NCBI RefSeq assembly: GCF_003044035.1
Contig: NZ_NVQC01000002.1
Span: 1-15,524 of the forward strand
Direction: 5' to 3'
Length of the DNA: 15,524 nucleotides
Source: Candidatus Methylomirabilis limnetica
GTDB taxonomy: Bacteria; Methylomirabilota; Methylomirabilia; Methylomirabilales; Methylomirabilaceae
Each line of letters begins with the position of its first letter. Within the stretch, counting starts at the first letter, position 1. Both the position numbers and the translations under genes were made by a program. Positions 8,134 to 15,511 of the stretch are shown here, one piece after another. The notes below the pieces were generated by a model, which was not told where the DNA came from, did not search any database, and worked only from the letters and a program-made list of their open reading frames with translations.

Positions 8134-8843
8134 TGGATCCAACCCTCTTCCACGAATCTGGTCTTGAGCTGAGCAGCGATCTCTTTTACCGCCTGCTCGG
8201 CCCTACCCTCGATCTTGCTTTTGCCGCTCGCCTCCCCGTACACCTTCATCCCGCCACTGATGATGAGTCCCGCCGGGTTGGCGGTGGCAATGACGCCGAC
8301 AACCCCCAAAGCCGCACCCGGGCCTTTGCTTCCGCCGGTATCAACTGTACCGGATCCGAGTTTGCGCAGTCCCTGAGCCGTCATCTGGAAGCCTTCCACC
8401 CCCGTTTTCAACTCAGACGCCCCGGAGCCGAAGCCGATCGCGACGCGCTTGGTGGCGCTGCCCTCTTGGATGGAGAGGAGATAGCCCCGGATCACAAGGT
8501 CGTTGATCTGTGGGTTATTGCCTGTTGAAGAAGCCCGCTCTGCCGACAGCCCCATGTCGCGGATCCCCTCAACCAGCTTCGCCGCCATATCAGCACCCAA
8601 TTGACGGCCAGTCGCGATCTGCTCGGCGGTTTGCGGCGTGCCGGGTTCGGCTTGCTGGCCTGCGAGGGGGGAGTAGGCCGGAACATCTCCTGGCGTAGCG
8701 GCGAAGTCATACACCAGGATGTGATTGGGTCGCGGGAGCTTTTCATACACGAGTCTCTGTCGGTAGGTGACATCGGTCGAAGCGCACCCAGCGACAACGA
8801 CCAGAGCGAACAGATACGAGACGATACGGTTACGAGACTTCAT
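8130..8843 (-). CDS. DUF4410-like lipoprotein (237 aa)
   Basis: The ATG at 8843 is preceded by AGGAGG (complement of 8851-8856). Signal MKSRNRIVSYLFALVVVAGC (lipobox V-A-G-C). Pattern ILVYDFAATPG ... LVIRGYLLSIQEGSATKRVAIGFGSGASELKTGVEGF fits my recollection of DUF4410. A Gly/Ala-rich hydrophobic stretch (GPGAALGVVGVIATANPAGLIISGG) lies near the C-terminus. Confidence 0.75.
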   Translation of the reverse strand: MKSRNRIVSYLFALVVVAGCASTDVTYRQRLVYEKLPRPNHILVYDFAATPGDVPAYSPLAGQQAEPGTPQTAEQIATGRQLGADMAAKLVEGIRDMGLSAERASSTGNNPQINDLVIRGYLLSIQEGSATKRVAIGFGSGASELKTGVEGFQMTAQGLRKLGSGTVDTGGSKGPGAALGVVGVIATANPAGLIISGGMKVYGEASGKSKIEGRAEQAVKEIAAQLKTRFVEEGWIQ

Positions 8844-9013
8844 CGCAATCCTCCTATGGTGAATTGATGTGAAGGTGAGCGCCAGGTGGCCCTGCGCGCT
8901 GTTACCGGTTGGAATACGCATACACTACTCTCATTTCCATTGGCACTGAGAAGTCTGAGGGTGAGGCGGTCGATGGTGGTTATTCCTCGCCCGTCTTCAT
9001 TCCGTTGAGGGTT

Positions 9014-9152
9014 GATACCCCGCGGCTTGCCGCGAGTTCGTCATACCGGCGGAAGCCGGTATCCAGAGGACCCGACTGGATTCCGTGTCAAGCACGGAAT
9101 GACGGGCCAGAACAGAAGACGATACCCTGTAGCTTGCTGCGGGGTAGTTCAT
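9014..9152 (+). repeat. Nested-palindrome (multi-hairpin) intergenic element flanked by ~30-bp direct repeats
   Basis: Core 9039-9104: CGTCAT-[ACCGGC GGAA GCCGGT]-ATCCAG-aggacccga-CTGGAT-[TCCGTG TCAAG CACGGA]-ATGACG, with all four stems perfect. The flanking direct repeats begin GATACCC at 9014 and 9121, and each contains its own hairpin. Confidence 0.8.
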
Positions 9153-9214
9153 TTCTCATTTTCACGACTGATTTCGCTCGGTCGCGCGGGGGCGGTTTGC
9201 CGCCATGCGCTAGT

Positions 9215-11242
9215 CTAGCGCTCCCCCGCGTGCTCGAGTAGGATGCGCCGGATCTCCTCGATGGCATGCGGGTTGGACTGGACCGAGTGGGGGGACTTCA
9301 CCACCTTCTCGGAGGCGACCGGCTCGATGTGCGCGCTCCAGTAGGGGACCACGCCGTCGCTGCCTTCTTCGGGCGGCCCGTCGCCCTTGACGGCGATGAT
9401 GGAATGCGCCGTGACGCCGTCGGCGATAGGCAGCGAGGACAGCGTCTTGATGAACGGGTGGGAGGGCGACATGTTGTCAACGGCGCTCGGAAGCCGGTCG
9501 AGGGACCGCGCGACGAGCCGGTCCTTGTTAAGTGTCAGGATGTCCGTTGCCGCCCCCGCGATGTTCAGCGGGAGCGTGATGAAGCGGGTCAGCCACTTGA
9601 CAATACCGGTTGCGGACACAGGGGTGCCCCGGTGGGGCGTGGCGACGAAGATCACGCGGCGGACATGCGGGACCGGCTCGACGAACATCGAGCGCCGGAG
9701 CAGGTCTCGCGTCTCGGTCTTGATGTCCAGATCCTCGATCGGGACCTTGCTGAAGTTGTCCCAGAACTTGCTGCCGCTGTTGACCACCGTCAGCCTGGTC
9801 AACAGTCCACCCTGGCTGTGCCCGATCACTACCATTTGCCGGAGTGCGGGATCCTTCCCTTCGGGGTCGAGTTGCCGCACGGTGTGTAGCAGGCCCTCCC
9901 GGAGCAGCGAGCCCGAGTAGGCGATGGGGTTCCCGGTGTTATAGATGAACAGCCAGATCTGATAGTGCTTGGCGATGCGTGGGTCGATCCGGAGTTCGTT
10001 GATCATCTCCGCCCATCGGGCCGGGCTTGAGGCCGTACCATGTACCAGCACGACAGGGATCTTCCCCGGGCGATACGGAGCCATGAAGATGACGCCGTCC
10101 TCCGGGCGGGCGCGCAGGAGGCTGGGGGCGACCCTTCGACCGAGGTCCCGCACCCCAAGGCCGAAGCCCCCCGAGAAGAACCCAGCTAGCTCGAACTCCC
10201 AGATAGGGGAACCCTCAAGGGTGTAGGCAAGGGCGGCGGTCTGGTCGTACTCGAGCGGGACCTCGCGGCCGGCGATCGTCACTGCCACTGTCGCATCGCT
10301 CGTGTAGACGGACAGGGTGCCCCGCAGCCGACCCTCGGCGACGCCCCGCCGCGCTCCCTCCAGCCGCAGTAGCGCGCTGACGGGAATCTTCAGGCGGGGC
10401 GGGATCTTGGCGTCAGCGAGCCGGCTGGCGCTTTCGTCGTCCGGGTTACTCAAGCTCGCGGCGAGGGGGACACCCAGCCCGGGCATGCGGTAGCGGTTCC
10501 GCAGCCCGCGAACCTCGAGGTTCGCGGAAGGGACGAAGTGGTCGAGCTTGTATCCGGCCCATTTGAAGCCCGCGTGATCGACATCGATCTCGAGTTCGCC
10601 GACCGGCAGGGTGTGCCGCCCGGGCTCTAGCAGTACCTCGCGGGGTTTCGCGTCCGCCCCAAGAGGCGCCTTGGGCGGGACGAGGCCCTCCGCCAGCGCC
10701 CGGTTGTAGAGGTCCGCCGCGATCCGGATACGTGGATCGAAGGGGGTGTAGCCCCAGCTCATAAGCTGGTCCTGGCTCTGGTCGTCGGGAAAGAGGAACG
10801 CGTAAGCGTACGCGGCTGACGCCAGGAAGTAGGCGCGGTCCCCGGAAGCCTCCGCGTGCAGGAACGCCATCTCGGCGAGCGCGAACAGTGCGATCTCCTG
10901 CATGGGCGAATCGGCCCGGTGAAACTCGACGTAGCCGGTGTGGAGCTTGGCGATGGCTGCCGGGGGATCGTCCTTGAAGGTTTCGATCAGTCCCTCGCGC
11001 TGGAGCGTCCTTTTGGTGTAAACGCTCGGCTCGTCCACGGAGAGGGCGCTAGCGGTCAGCGACCGGTGCACCGCGCGGCCATCGACCAGCTTGACGCCCA
11101 CCGGCGTCGCGCAGGCGGTGGTGAGCAGGGCAGTGACAGCCACGAGGGCCGCCAGAAGCCCGGTGCGAGTGCCACGCCGCCTCCAGGGAGGAGGCTGGCC
11201 GCAAATTGTTCCTTGCTTCGACGGGTGCACCGAATGCTCCAC
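9215..11242 (-). CDS. Large lipoprotein with a C-terminal alpha/beta-hydrolase (esterase/lipase-like) domain
   Basis: The GTG start is preceded by TAGGAGG. N-terminus ...RRRGTRTGLLAALVAVTALLTTAC. The C-terminal ~290 aa contain PVVLVHGTASSPARW, the nucleophile elbow VVIGHSQGG, a candidate Asp in EGSDGVVPYWSA and a candidate His in KSPHSVQSNPH. The N-terminal ~380 aa are unassigned. Confidence 0.8.
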   Translation of the reverse strand: MEHSVHPSKQGTICGQPPPWRRRGTRTGLLAALVAVTALLTTACATPVGVKLVDGRAVHRSLTASALSVDEPSVYTKRTLQREGLIETFKDDPPAAIAKLHTGYVEFHRADSPMQEIALFALAEMAFLHAEASGDRAYFLASAAYAYAFLFPDDQSQDQLMSWGYTPFDPRIRIAADLYNRALAEGLVPPKAPLGADAKPREVLLEPGRHTLPVGELEIDVDHAGFKWAGYKLDHFVPSANLEVRGLRNRYRMPGLGVPLAASLSNPDDESASRLADAKIPPRLKIPVSALLRLEGARRGVAEGRLRGTLSVYTSDATVAVTIAGREVPLEYDQTAALAYTLEGSPIWEFELAGFFSGGFGLGVRDLGRRVAPSLLRARPEDGVIFMAPYRPGKIPVVLVHGTASSPARWAEMINELRIDPRIAKHYQIWLFIYNTGNPIAYSGSLLREGLLHTVRQLDPEGKDPALRQMVVIGHSQGGLLTRLTVVNSGSKFWDNFSKVPIEDLDIKTETRDLLRRSMFVEPVPHVRRVIFVATPHRGTPVSATGIVKWLTRFITLPLNIAGAATDILTLNKDRLVARSLDRLPSAVDNMSPSHPFIKTLSSLPIADGVTAHSIIAVKGDGPPEEGSDGVVPYWSAHIEPVASEKVVKSPHSVQSNPHAIEEIRRILLEHAGER

Positions 11243-11328
11243 GAGGCCTCCTAAGTTCTTTATCCCGAAGGCAGTTATGCTACGTCACCTTCTCGGCGTC
11301 GTCAACCTGCCATCTCTTTCCAGGAACA

Positions 11329-12765
11329 CTAGAACCGGGCCAAGAGGCGGAGCCCAGCCACAACGGTGGTGTTGACGTCCTTGAGGCTCCCGGAAGAGTC
11401 GACCATCTTCTTTTGGCCGGTCTCGATGACCTGCAGGTTGAGGGTCGCGTTGAGCCACGAAGTGACCGAGGCGTTGTAGTACATCTCGATTGCATCCTCA
11501 TGGTTGAGACCGAGGTCGAGCTGCCGGCGCAGGAAGGGAACGAACTCGCTGCTGAAGTCCTTTCGCGCCCAGCCGAGACCGAAGTTGTCATTCGGACGCC
11601 CGGGGACCACACCGTTGCCGCCGATACCCATGTTGTAGGTGTACTTGAGGGGGTTCGGGTTGCCGTCGGAGGCGCCGAACGAGAAGAAGATCCCGATGCC
11701 GCGCTTGGGGTCGTCCTTCGGCTGCCAGAGATACTGGTCGAAGCTGTAGAAAACGGTCCAGGTGTCGCTCTTTTTATTCAGAGGCTCGACGGGGACCAGG
11801 AGGTCGGGGAAGAACCGCTCGAGGATACGCCGAAGGCCCGGGCCGGGATCGTCCAGCAGCGGGAACTTCTCCGAGGCCATGCCCCGGGCGATGTTGGAAG
11901 GATCCTGGGTGAGCGAGGGGCGCTCCTTGTCGCTCCACATCCCTGTCACGCCCTGGTGGCCGACGAGACCGAACGGCTTGATGGCAACCTTGGCGCTGGC
12001 GAGCATCATGACACCGTCACGGAACGCCTCGCTCACATCGCTGTTTGCCGGCGTGCCGCTGGGATCGAGCGCCAATGCCGACAGCACCACGCCCTCCCAC
12101 GGCAGAGCCACGATGCCACCTCCGTACGCCGAAAGCGGTATCAGGGCGCTGGTGAGCGGAAAAGTCATAGCGCCGTTCAGGAACTGCGTGCGGTAGTTGC
12201 CGGTAAACTCCCCGTGGGCTCCATCGAGCGTGAACACCTTACCGGCGATGAGGCCGAACTGGGGGCTGAGGAACTGCATGAACGTGGCGTGCAGGAGGGC
12301 CGTGGTCGGGTCGTTCGGCTTCGGCAGCAGGGCTGCGGTATTGACGGGGGAGAGGGCGGCTGAAGCCCCCAGTACGCTCTCGCCGAAGCCGCTGTTGGCG
12401 ATGACCCGCAGGAAGCCGCCGGGCCACAGGCCGGCTTTGCCGGTGTCGACGTTGAGCGTGTACTCGGCGTTGCCCCAGAACTCGGCCCCGGTGTCGCGCC
12501 CCCCACTTGCGACGCCTTGGGGCGTCAGCAGGAGATCGACATCGAGCCGGATGCCTCGCGTGGCCAGCTCGTCTCTGAACCCGCCCCAGTCACCGGTCAG
12601 CCGGGGCCGCGACCAGAAGTCCCCGGCATACGCCTTCGGCTCCTCGACGGGCTGCGCTGCGGCGGGAGCCGCCAGCGTGCCGACGAGGGCGACGGCCGCG
12701 ATGATGATCCACCCCACGAGCCGCGGGCGCCCGCTTCTAGTCGCGTCACTGTGATCTCGACTCAT
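11329..12765 (-). CDS. OprB-family carbohydrate-selective porin
   Basis: ATG 12765 is preceded by AAGGGGGA. Signal peptide ends AAPAAA-Q. LTGDWGGFRDELATRGIRLDVDLLL...GGRDTG...EYTLNVDTGKAGLWPGGF is typical of OprB porins. C-terminal ...LLARF has the terminal Phe of beta-barrel OMPs. The longer ORF to 12846 adds a Gly/Arg-rich extension that is unlikely to be real. Confidence 0.88.
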   Translation of the reverse strand: MSRDHSDATRSGRPRLVGWIIIAAVALVGTLAAPAAAQPVEEPKAYAGDFWSRPRLTGDWGGFRDELATRGIRLDVDLLLTPQGVASGGRDTGAEFWGNAEYTLNVDTGKAGLWPGGFLRVIANSGFGESVLGASAALSPVNTAALLPKPNDPTTALLHATFMQFLSPQFGLIAGKVFTLDGAHGEFTGNYRTQFLNGAMTFPLTSALIPLSAYGGGIVALPWEGVVLSALALDPSGTPANSDVSEAFRDGVMMLASAKVAIKPFGLVGHQGVTGMWSDKERPSLTQDPSNIARGMASEKFPLLDDPGPGLRRILERFFPDLLVPVEPLNKKSDTWTVFYSFDQYLWQPKDDPKRGIGIFFSFGASDGNPNPLKYTYNMGIGGNGVVPGRPNDNFGLGWARKDFSSEFVPFLRRQLDLGLNHEDAIEMYYNASVTSWLNATLNLQVIETGQKKMVDSSGSLKDVNTTVVAGLRLLARF

Positions 12766-12911
12766 CGTCCCCCTTAGTGGGGCTCGCTCGCTTGCCCCTC
12801 TTCCGGGGCAGGTCCCCCCGCCGCACGCTCCTCCTCCTTCTCTCATCGCGTCCCTCCTTTACGTCACTGGCGGCCCGGCAACATCGGGAGCCACGGCGCC
12901 GCCCTCACGGT

Positions 12912-13019
12912 TTACTTCAACTCGATCGTCACCTTCTCCAGCGTGCCGGTGTCCTCGCCGACATCGAAAGTCTCATCGAACAAAAGGCGGAACGCCAGCG
13001 TGCATTCGAAGGCGACGGC
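12912..13019 (-). pseudogene. Possible remnant of a sulfatase C-terminus (weak)
   Basis: The minus-strand frame reads ...AVAFECTLAFRLLFDETFDVGEDTGTLEKVTIELK*. This resembles the arylsulfatase C-terminal signature (..ETFDVG.DTGTPV....F.G.IEKV.IDL) with the middle deleted. There is no start codon and no upstream homology. Confidence 0.25.
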
Positions 13020-13078
13020 TAGGCTCTCAGGATGAGGAGCCGATGCTGGGGCAGCCCAGACTGCGGCCTGTGGATAGC

Positions 13079-13390
13079 CTACGCAGGCACCTTGCGGCGC
13101 ACGGCCACCGGTACGAAGCGCACCTGCAGGCGGTAGTGGAGCGCCGCGCTGATGCGCTGGAGCATCCTGAGCGAGCGCCCGGCGTAGTCTGCGTCCTCGA
13201 GCCGGGAGATGACCGAGTGCGTGGTCCCCACCAACTCGGCGAGCTGCCTCTGTGTCAGGCCTGCCTTCGTACGCAGGTCGTAAATCTCCTGCGCGATCGC
13301 CGCGTTGAGGCGCACCTCTTCGAGCGCTGCTTCCTGGCCCGGACGGCCAGTGACGTACCGGCGGTGGAGGATCTCTACCGCGTCCCGTTG
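13079..13390 (-). pseudogene. XRE-family HTH antitoxin-like gene (HigA-type), 5'-truncated by an IS remnant
   Basis: ...AIAQEIYDLRTKAGLTQRQLAELVGTTHSVISRLEDADYAGRSLRMLQRISAAL... is a typical HTH plus 'RLEDADYEG.SL.ML.RIA' antitoxin pattern. The tracked ORF reaches a TTG at 13423 only by reading through the reverse complement of the transposase fragment. There is no genuine ATG. Confidence 0.65.
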
Positions 13391-13754
13391 ACTATTGCCG
13401 TGCTTTACAAGAACCGCTGGCAAGTGGAGTTATTCTTCAAATGGATCAAGCAGCACCTGCGCATTAAGCATTTTATAGCGACGAGCGAGAACGCGGTGAA
13501 GGCGCAAATCTGGTGTGCCGTGTCTACATACGTGCTGATCGCTATCGTCAAAAAGGAGCTTAACCTCGATGCCTCGCTCTACACTTTGCTACAGATTTTG
13601 TCAGTCTCGGTTTTTGAGAAAACTGAGATTTCATGCGCCTTGCAGCCAGATGTCACCAGAAATATTGCAGCTCCAGACAGTAACCAATTGAATTTATTAG
13701 ACTTTTAACCGGACACTACTGATATTCGATAAGTAAGTGAAATGATCTCATTAG
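13391..13754 (+). mobile_element. 3' remnant of an IS4-family insertion sequence (C-terminal ~105 codons of a DDE transposase plus the right end)
   Basis: IAVLYKNRWQVELFFKWIKQHLRIKHFIATSENAVKAQIWCAVSTYVLIAIVKKELNLDASLYTLLQILSVSVFEK is a typical IS4-family transposase C-terminus, with stop at 13706-13708. G+C is visibly lower than in the flanks from ~13391 to ~13754. The reverse complement of the end reads CTAATGAG..., reminiscent of IS4/IS10-type termini. The end coordinate is approximate. Confidence 0.8.
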
Positions 13755-13813
13755 TTGCTGCGTCACCGCGCCGGCGAGCGCGGCGCCGAGGAGGTTTTGT
13801 CTGCGTGTGGTTT

Positions 13814-13984
13814 TCACGGTTGCGTCCGTTCGGGGTTGTCCGGCTCCGCTTTCTGAGGCCGGCGCAACTGCCGAATGGATTCGCGCACCCTTTCCGCCAT
13901 CCGAATCTTTTCCGGCCAGGACAACGCCCGCCGCGTTTTCTGCCAGCGGGCCTGTCGTTCCAGCAGTGCCTGAATCTCACTCAT
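13814..13984 (-). CDS. 56-aa basic helical mini-protein, overlapping partner of the NTase-fold gene
   Basis: ATG 13984 overlaps the upstream gene's last codons and stop by 8 nt. Translation: MSEIQALLERQARWQKTRRALSWPEKIRMAERVRESIRQLRRPQKAEPDNPERTQP. Confidence 0.55.
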   Translation of the reverse strand: MSEIQALLERQARWQKTRRALSWPEKIRMAERVRESIRQLRRPQKAEPDNPERTQP

Positions 13985-14492
13985 GGGGGAACCTCGTCTC
14001 GAACTGCCGCCACGCGGCGGACAAATCATGTCGGGCCGCGAGCAGGCCGATTGCCTGCCGGGTCACGCTGCCAGACTCCAGCAGCGACAGGATGCGGGCG
14101 AAATCTTTCGCCCGTCCGACACTCAGGGCGATGACGGCGAGATGAACCGCCTGCACCACGCGGAACGGCACCCCGTCAAAGTCAGCCGTTTCGGCCTGCT
14201 CCATCGCCTCGCGAGTGAGCGGAGTGAAGACAGGCACGAACTGGGTCGGCCACGGCCCAATCCGGATGGCCTCACCTTCTGGTGGATAGCCCCGGGCGGC
14301 GCAGAACGCGTAAATGTCGCCCAGCACATCGAGCCGGTCGGGCTGCGAGGCGGCCACCAGCACATCGGCATCGAGCGTGGCGATCGGTTCCGTATAACGC
14401 ATCTGGGCCGCCGCCCCGAACAGGGCATAATTCTCAATCACGCCGCTGGAACACATCTCGTTGAGCAACTGGGCCACGGCTTTCATGGTCAC
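13977..14492 (-). CDS. Nucleotidyltransferase-fold protein (DUF2204/AbiEii-like small NTase), ~170 aa
   Basis: NYALFGAAAQMRYTEPIATLDADVLV fits the minimal NTase pattern (hG[GS/A]..., then DxD). The C-terminal VVQAVHLAVIALSVGRAKDFARILSLLE resembles the '...KL.AGR.KD..D...LL' helix of these families. The start is GTG 14492 or ATG 14486. Confidence 0.6.
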   Translation of the reverse strand: MTMKAVAQLLNEMCSSGVIENYALFGAAAQMRYTEPIATLDADVLVAASQPDRLDVLGDIYAFCAARGYPPEGEAIRIGPWPTQFVPVFTPLTREAMEQAETADFDGVPFRVVQAVHLAVIALSVGRAKDFARILSLLESGSVTRQAIGLLAARHDLSAAWRQFETRFPHE

Positions 14493-14581
14493 AGATTAGA
14501 GAGCTGAGGCCGCGGCGTAAAGCGCAGCGTCGGTTCTCTCCGTTTCCTCCTGTTGAGTGTCCTTCCTCCCTGTCTCCACAT

Positions 14582-15295
14582 CTATTCTTTAGGCATCTCG
14601 CAATTGGCCCCGCCACGCAAAGTGCAGGCCCGCCAGCGGAATTTCTTAGCCCAATAACTAGAGGCTTGCTCGAAGTCTTCCCAACGGTTCAGCGGTTTCC
14701 AGGCGTACTTCCCTCCACCGCGCCGATCGACACCGGCTGCCAAGAGCTCACCCGTCTGACTATCCGTCACCTCTACTTCGATCGACGCCTTGCCGACAAA
14801 GCTCTCGGTCCCGCTGATGCCTTTCTTCCCCCAGGACATCAGCAAGGCGCCCGGATGCGTGGCGGTAATGTTGTCCAGGACAGGAACGCCTTTCCCGGCT
14901 TCCGTGACCGCAATGCGGACCCGCATCACGTCGGGCCCTGCTTCTCGTGTCATGGTATAGTCCTTGCGTACTTCTGCATCGACCCGCGACGATAGGAATT
15001 GAGAGATATGGTTGGCATCATCCTTGTTAAGGTCCTTGGCCTCCGACTTCTCCCCACGCCAGACCTGCACCGGCTCCAGCCAGACCTTCGTGTAGGATTT
15101 GAACTTAGCCTTATCCGGCGTGAAGTACACCAAGGTCGCCTCGGTCTCGTTCTCCGCTGCATGAAGTTTTGAGTAGTCTCTCAGAAACCCTGAAGGTTCG
15201 GCCTTGCCGAACCCCCCGGCCTGTTGCGAATAGGCGCAGCCGGTAAGAGCCACCGCGCACACACCGCTCCAGAGCAACAACCGTTTGTTCACCAT
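14582..15295 (-). CDS. DUF3313-like lipoprotein (237 aa)
   Basis: ATG 15295 is preceded by GGAGGG. Signal MVNKRLLLWSGVCAVALTGC (lipobox L-T-G-C). SGFLRDYSKLHAAE...LVYFTPD...FKSYTKVWLEPVQVW matches my recollection of the DUF3313 N-terminal signature. Confidence 0.75.
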   Translation of the reverse strand: MVNKRLLLWSGVCAVALTGCAYSQQAGGFGKAEPSGFLRDYSKLHAAENETEATLVYFTPDKAKFKSYTKVWLEPVQVWRGEKSEAKDLNKDDANHISQFLSSRVDAEVRKDYTMTREAGPDVMRVRIAVTEAGKGVPVLDNITATHPGALLMSWGKKGISGTESFVGKASIEVEVTDSQTGELLAAGVDRRGGGKYAWKPLNRWEDFEQASSYWAKKFRWRACTLRGGANCEMPKE

Positions 15296-15348
15296 GTTGT
15301 CATACCCTCCTCTTGGGTTTAGGTTCACTGCGGTGATCGTAAGCTCGT

Positions 15349-15377
15349 ACCGTACCATATTCGTAGAGTACGTTCAA
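15349..15377 (-). promoter_or_regulatory. Candidate sigma70-type promoter for the DUF3313-like gene
   Basis: The minus strand reads TTGAAC (15377-15372), a 17-nt spacer, then TACGGT (15354-15349), about 54 nt upstream of ATG 15295. The -10 is weak. Confidence 0.25.
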
Positions 15378-15411
15378 CCGACTCTCTGGCCTCACATCTC
15401 GTTTTGACAAC

Positions 15412-15451
15412 GCAAAAGGGACCCACCGTGATAAAGCAAAAGGAACCCACC
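15412..15451. repeat. Two 16-bp direct repeats spaced 24 bp apart, upstream of the DUF3313-like gene
   Basis: GCAAAAGGGACCCACC (15412-15427) and GCAAAAGGAACCCACC (15436-15451), 15/16 identical. Confidence 0.6.
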
Positions 15452-15480
15452 TCTGTTCAGTGATAGTCGGGCCTGTGGGA

Positions 15481-15511
15481 AGCATGGGAAAGCCGGAGGC
15501 TTTTCCATGCT
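15481..15511. other. 13-bp-stem hairpin at the window edge
   Basis: AGCATGGGAAAGC (15481-15493), loop CGGAG, GCTTTTCCATGCT (15499-15511), with one G:T position. No U-run follows on either strand. Confidence 0.55.

Noticed and set aside
8844-8921. 5' extensions of minus-strand ORFs (8130-8921, 11329-12846, 14582-15358).
   Set aside because: Internal ATGs at 8843, 12765 and 15295 are each preceded by an SD-like purine run and immediately followed by a signal peptide. The extensions add non-signal sequence.
8909-9241. ORFs 8909-9241 + and 9012-9218 + as protein-coding genes.
   Set aside because: They are translations of the nested-palindrome repeat element and run into the 3' end of the minus-strand hydrolase gene.
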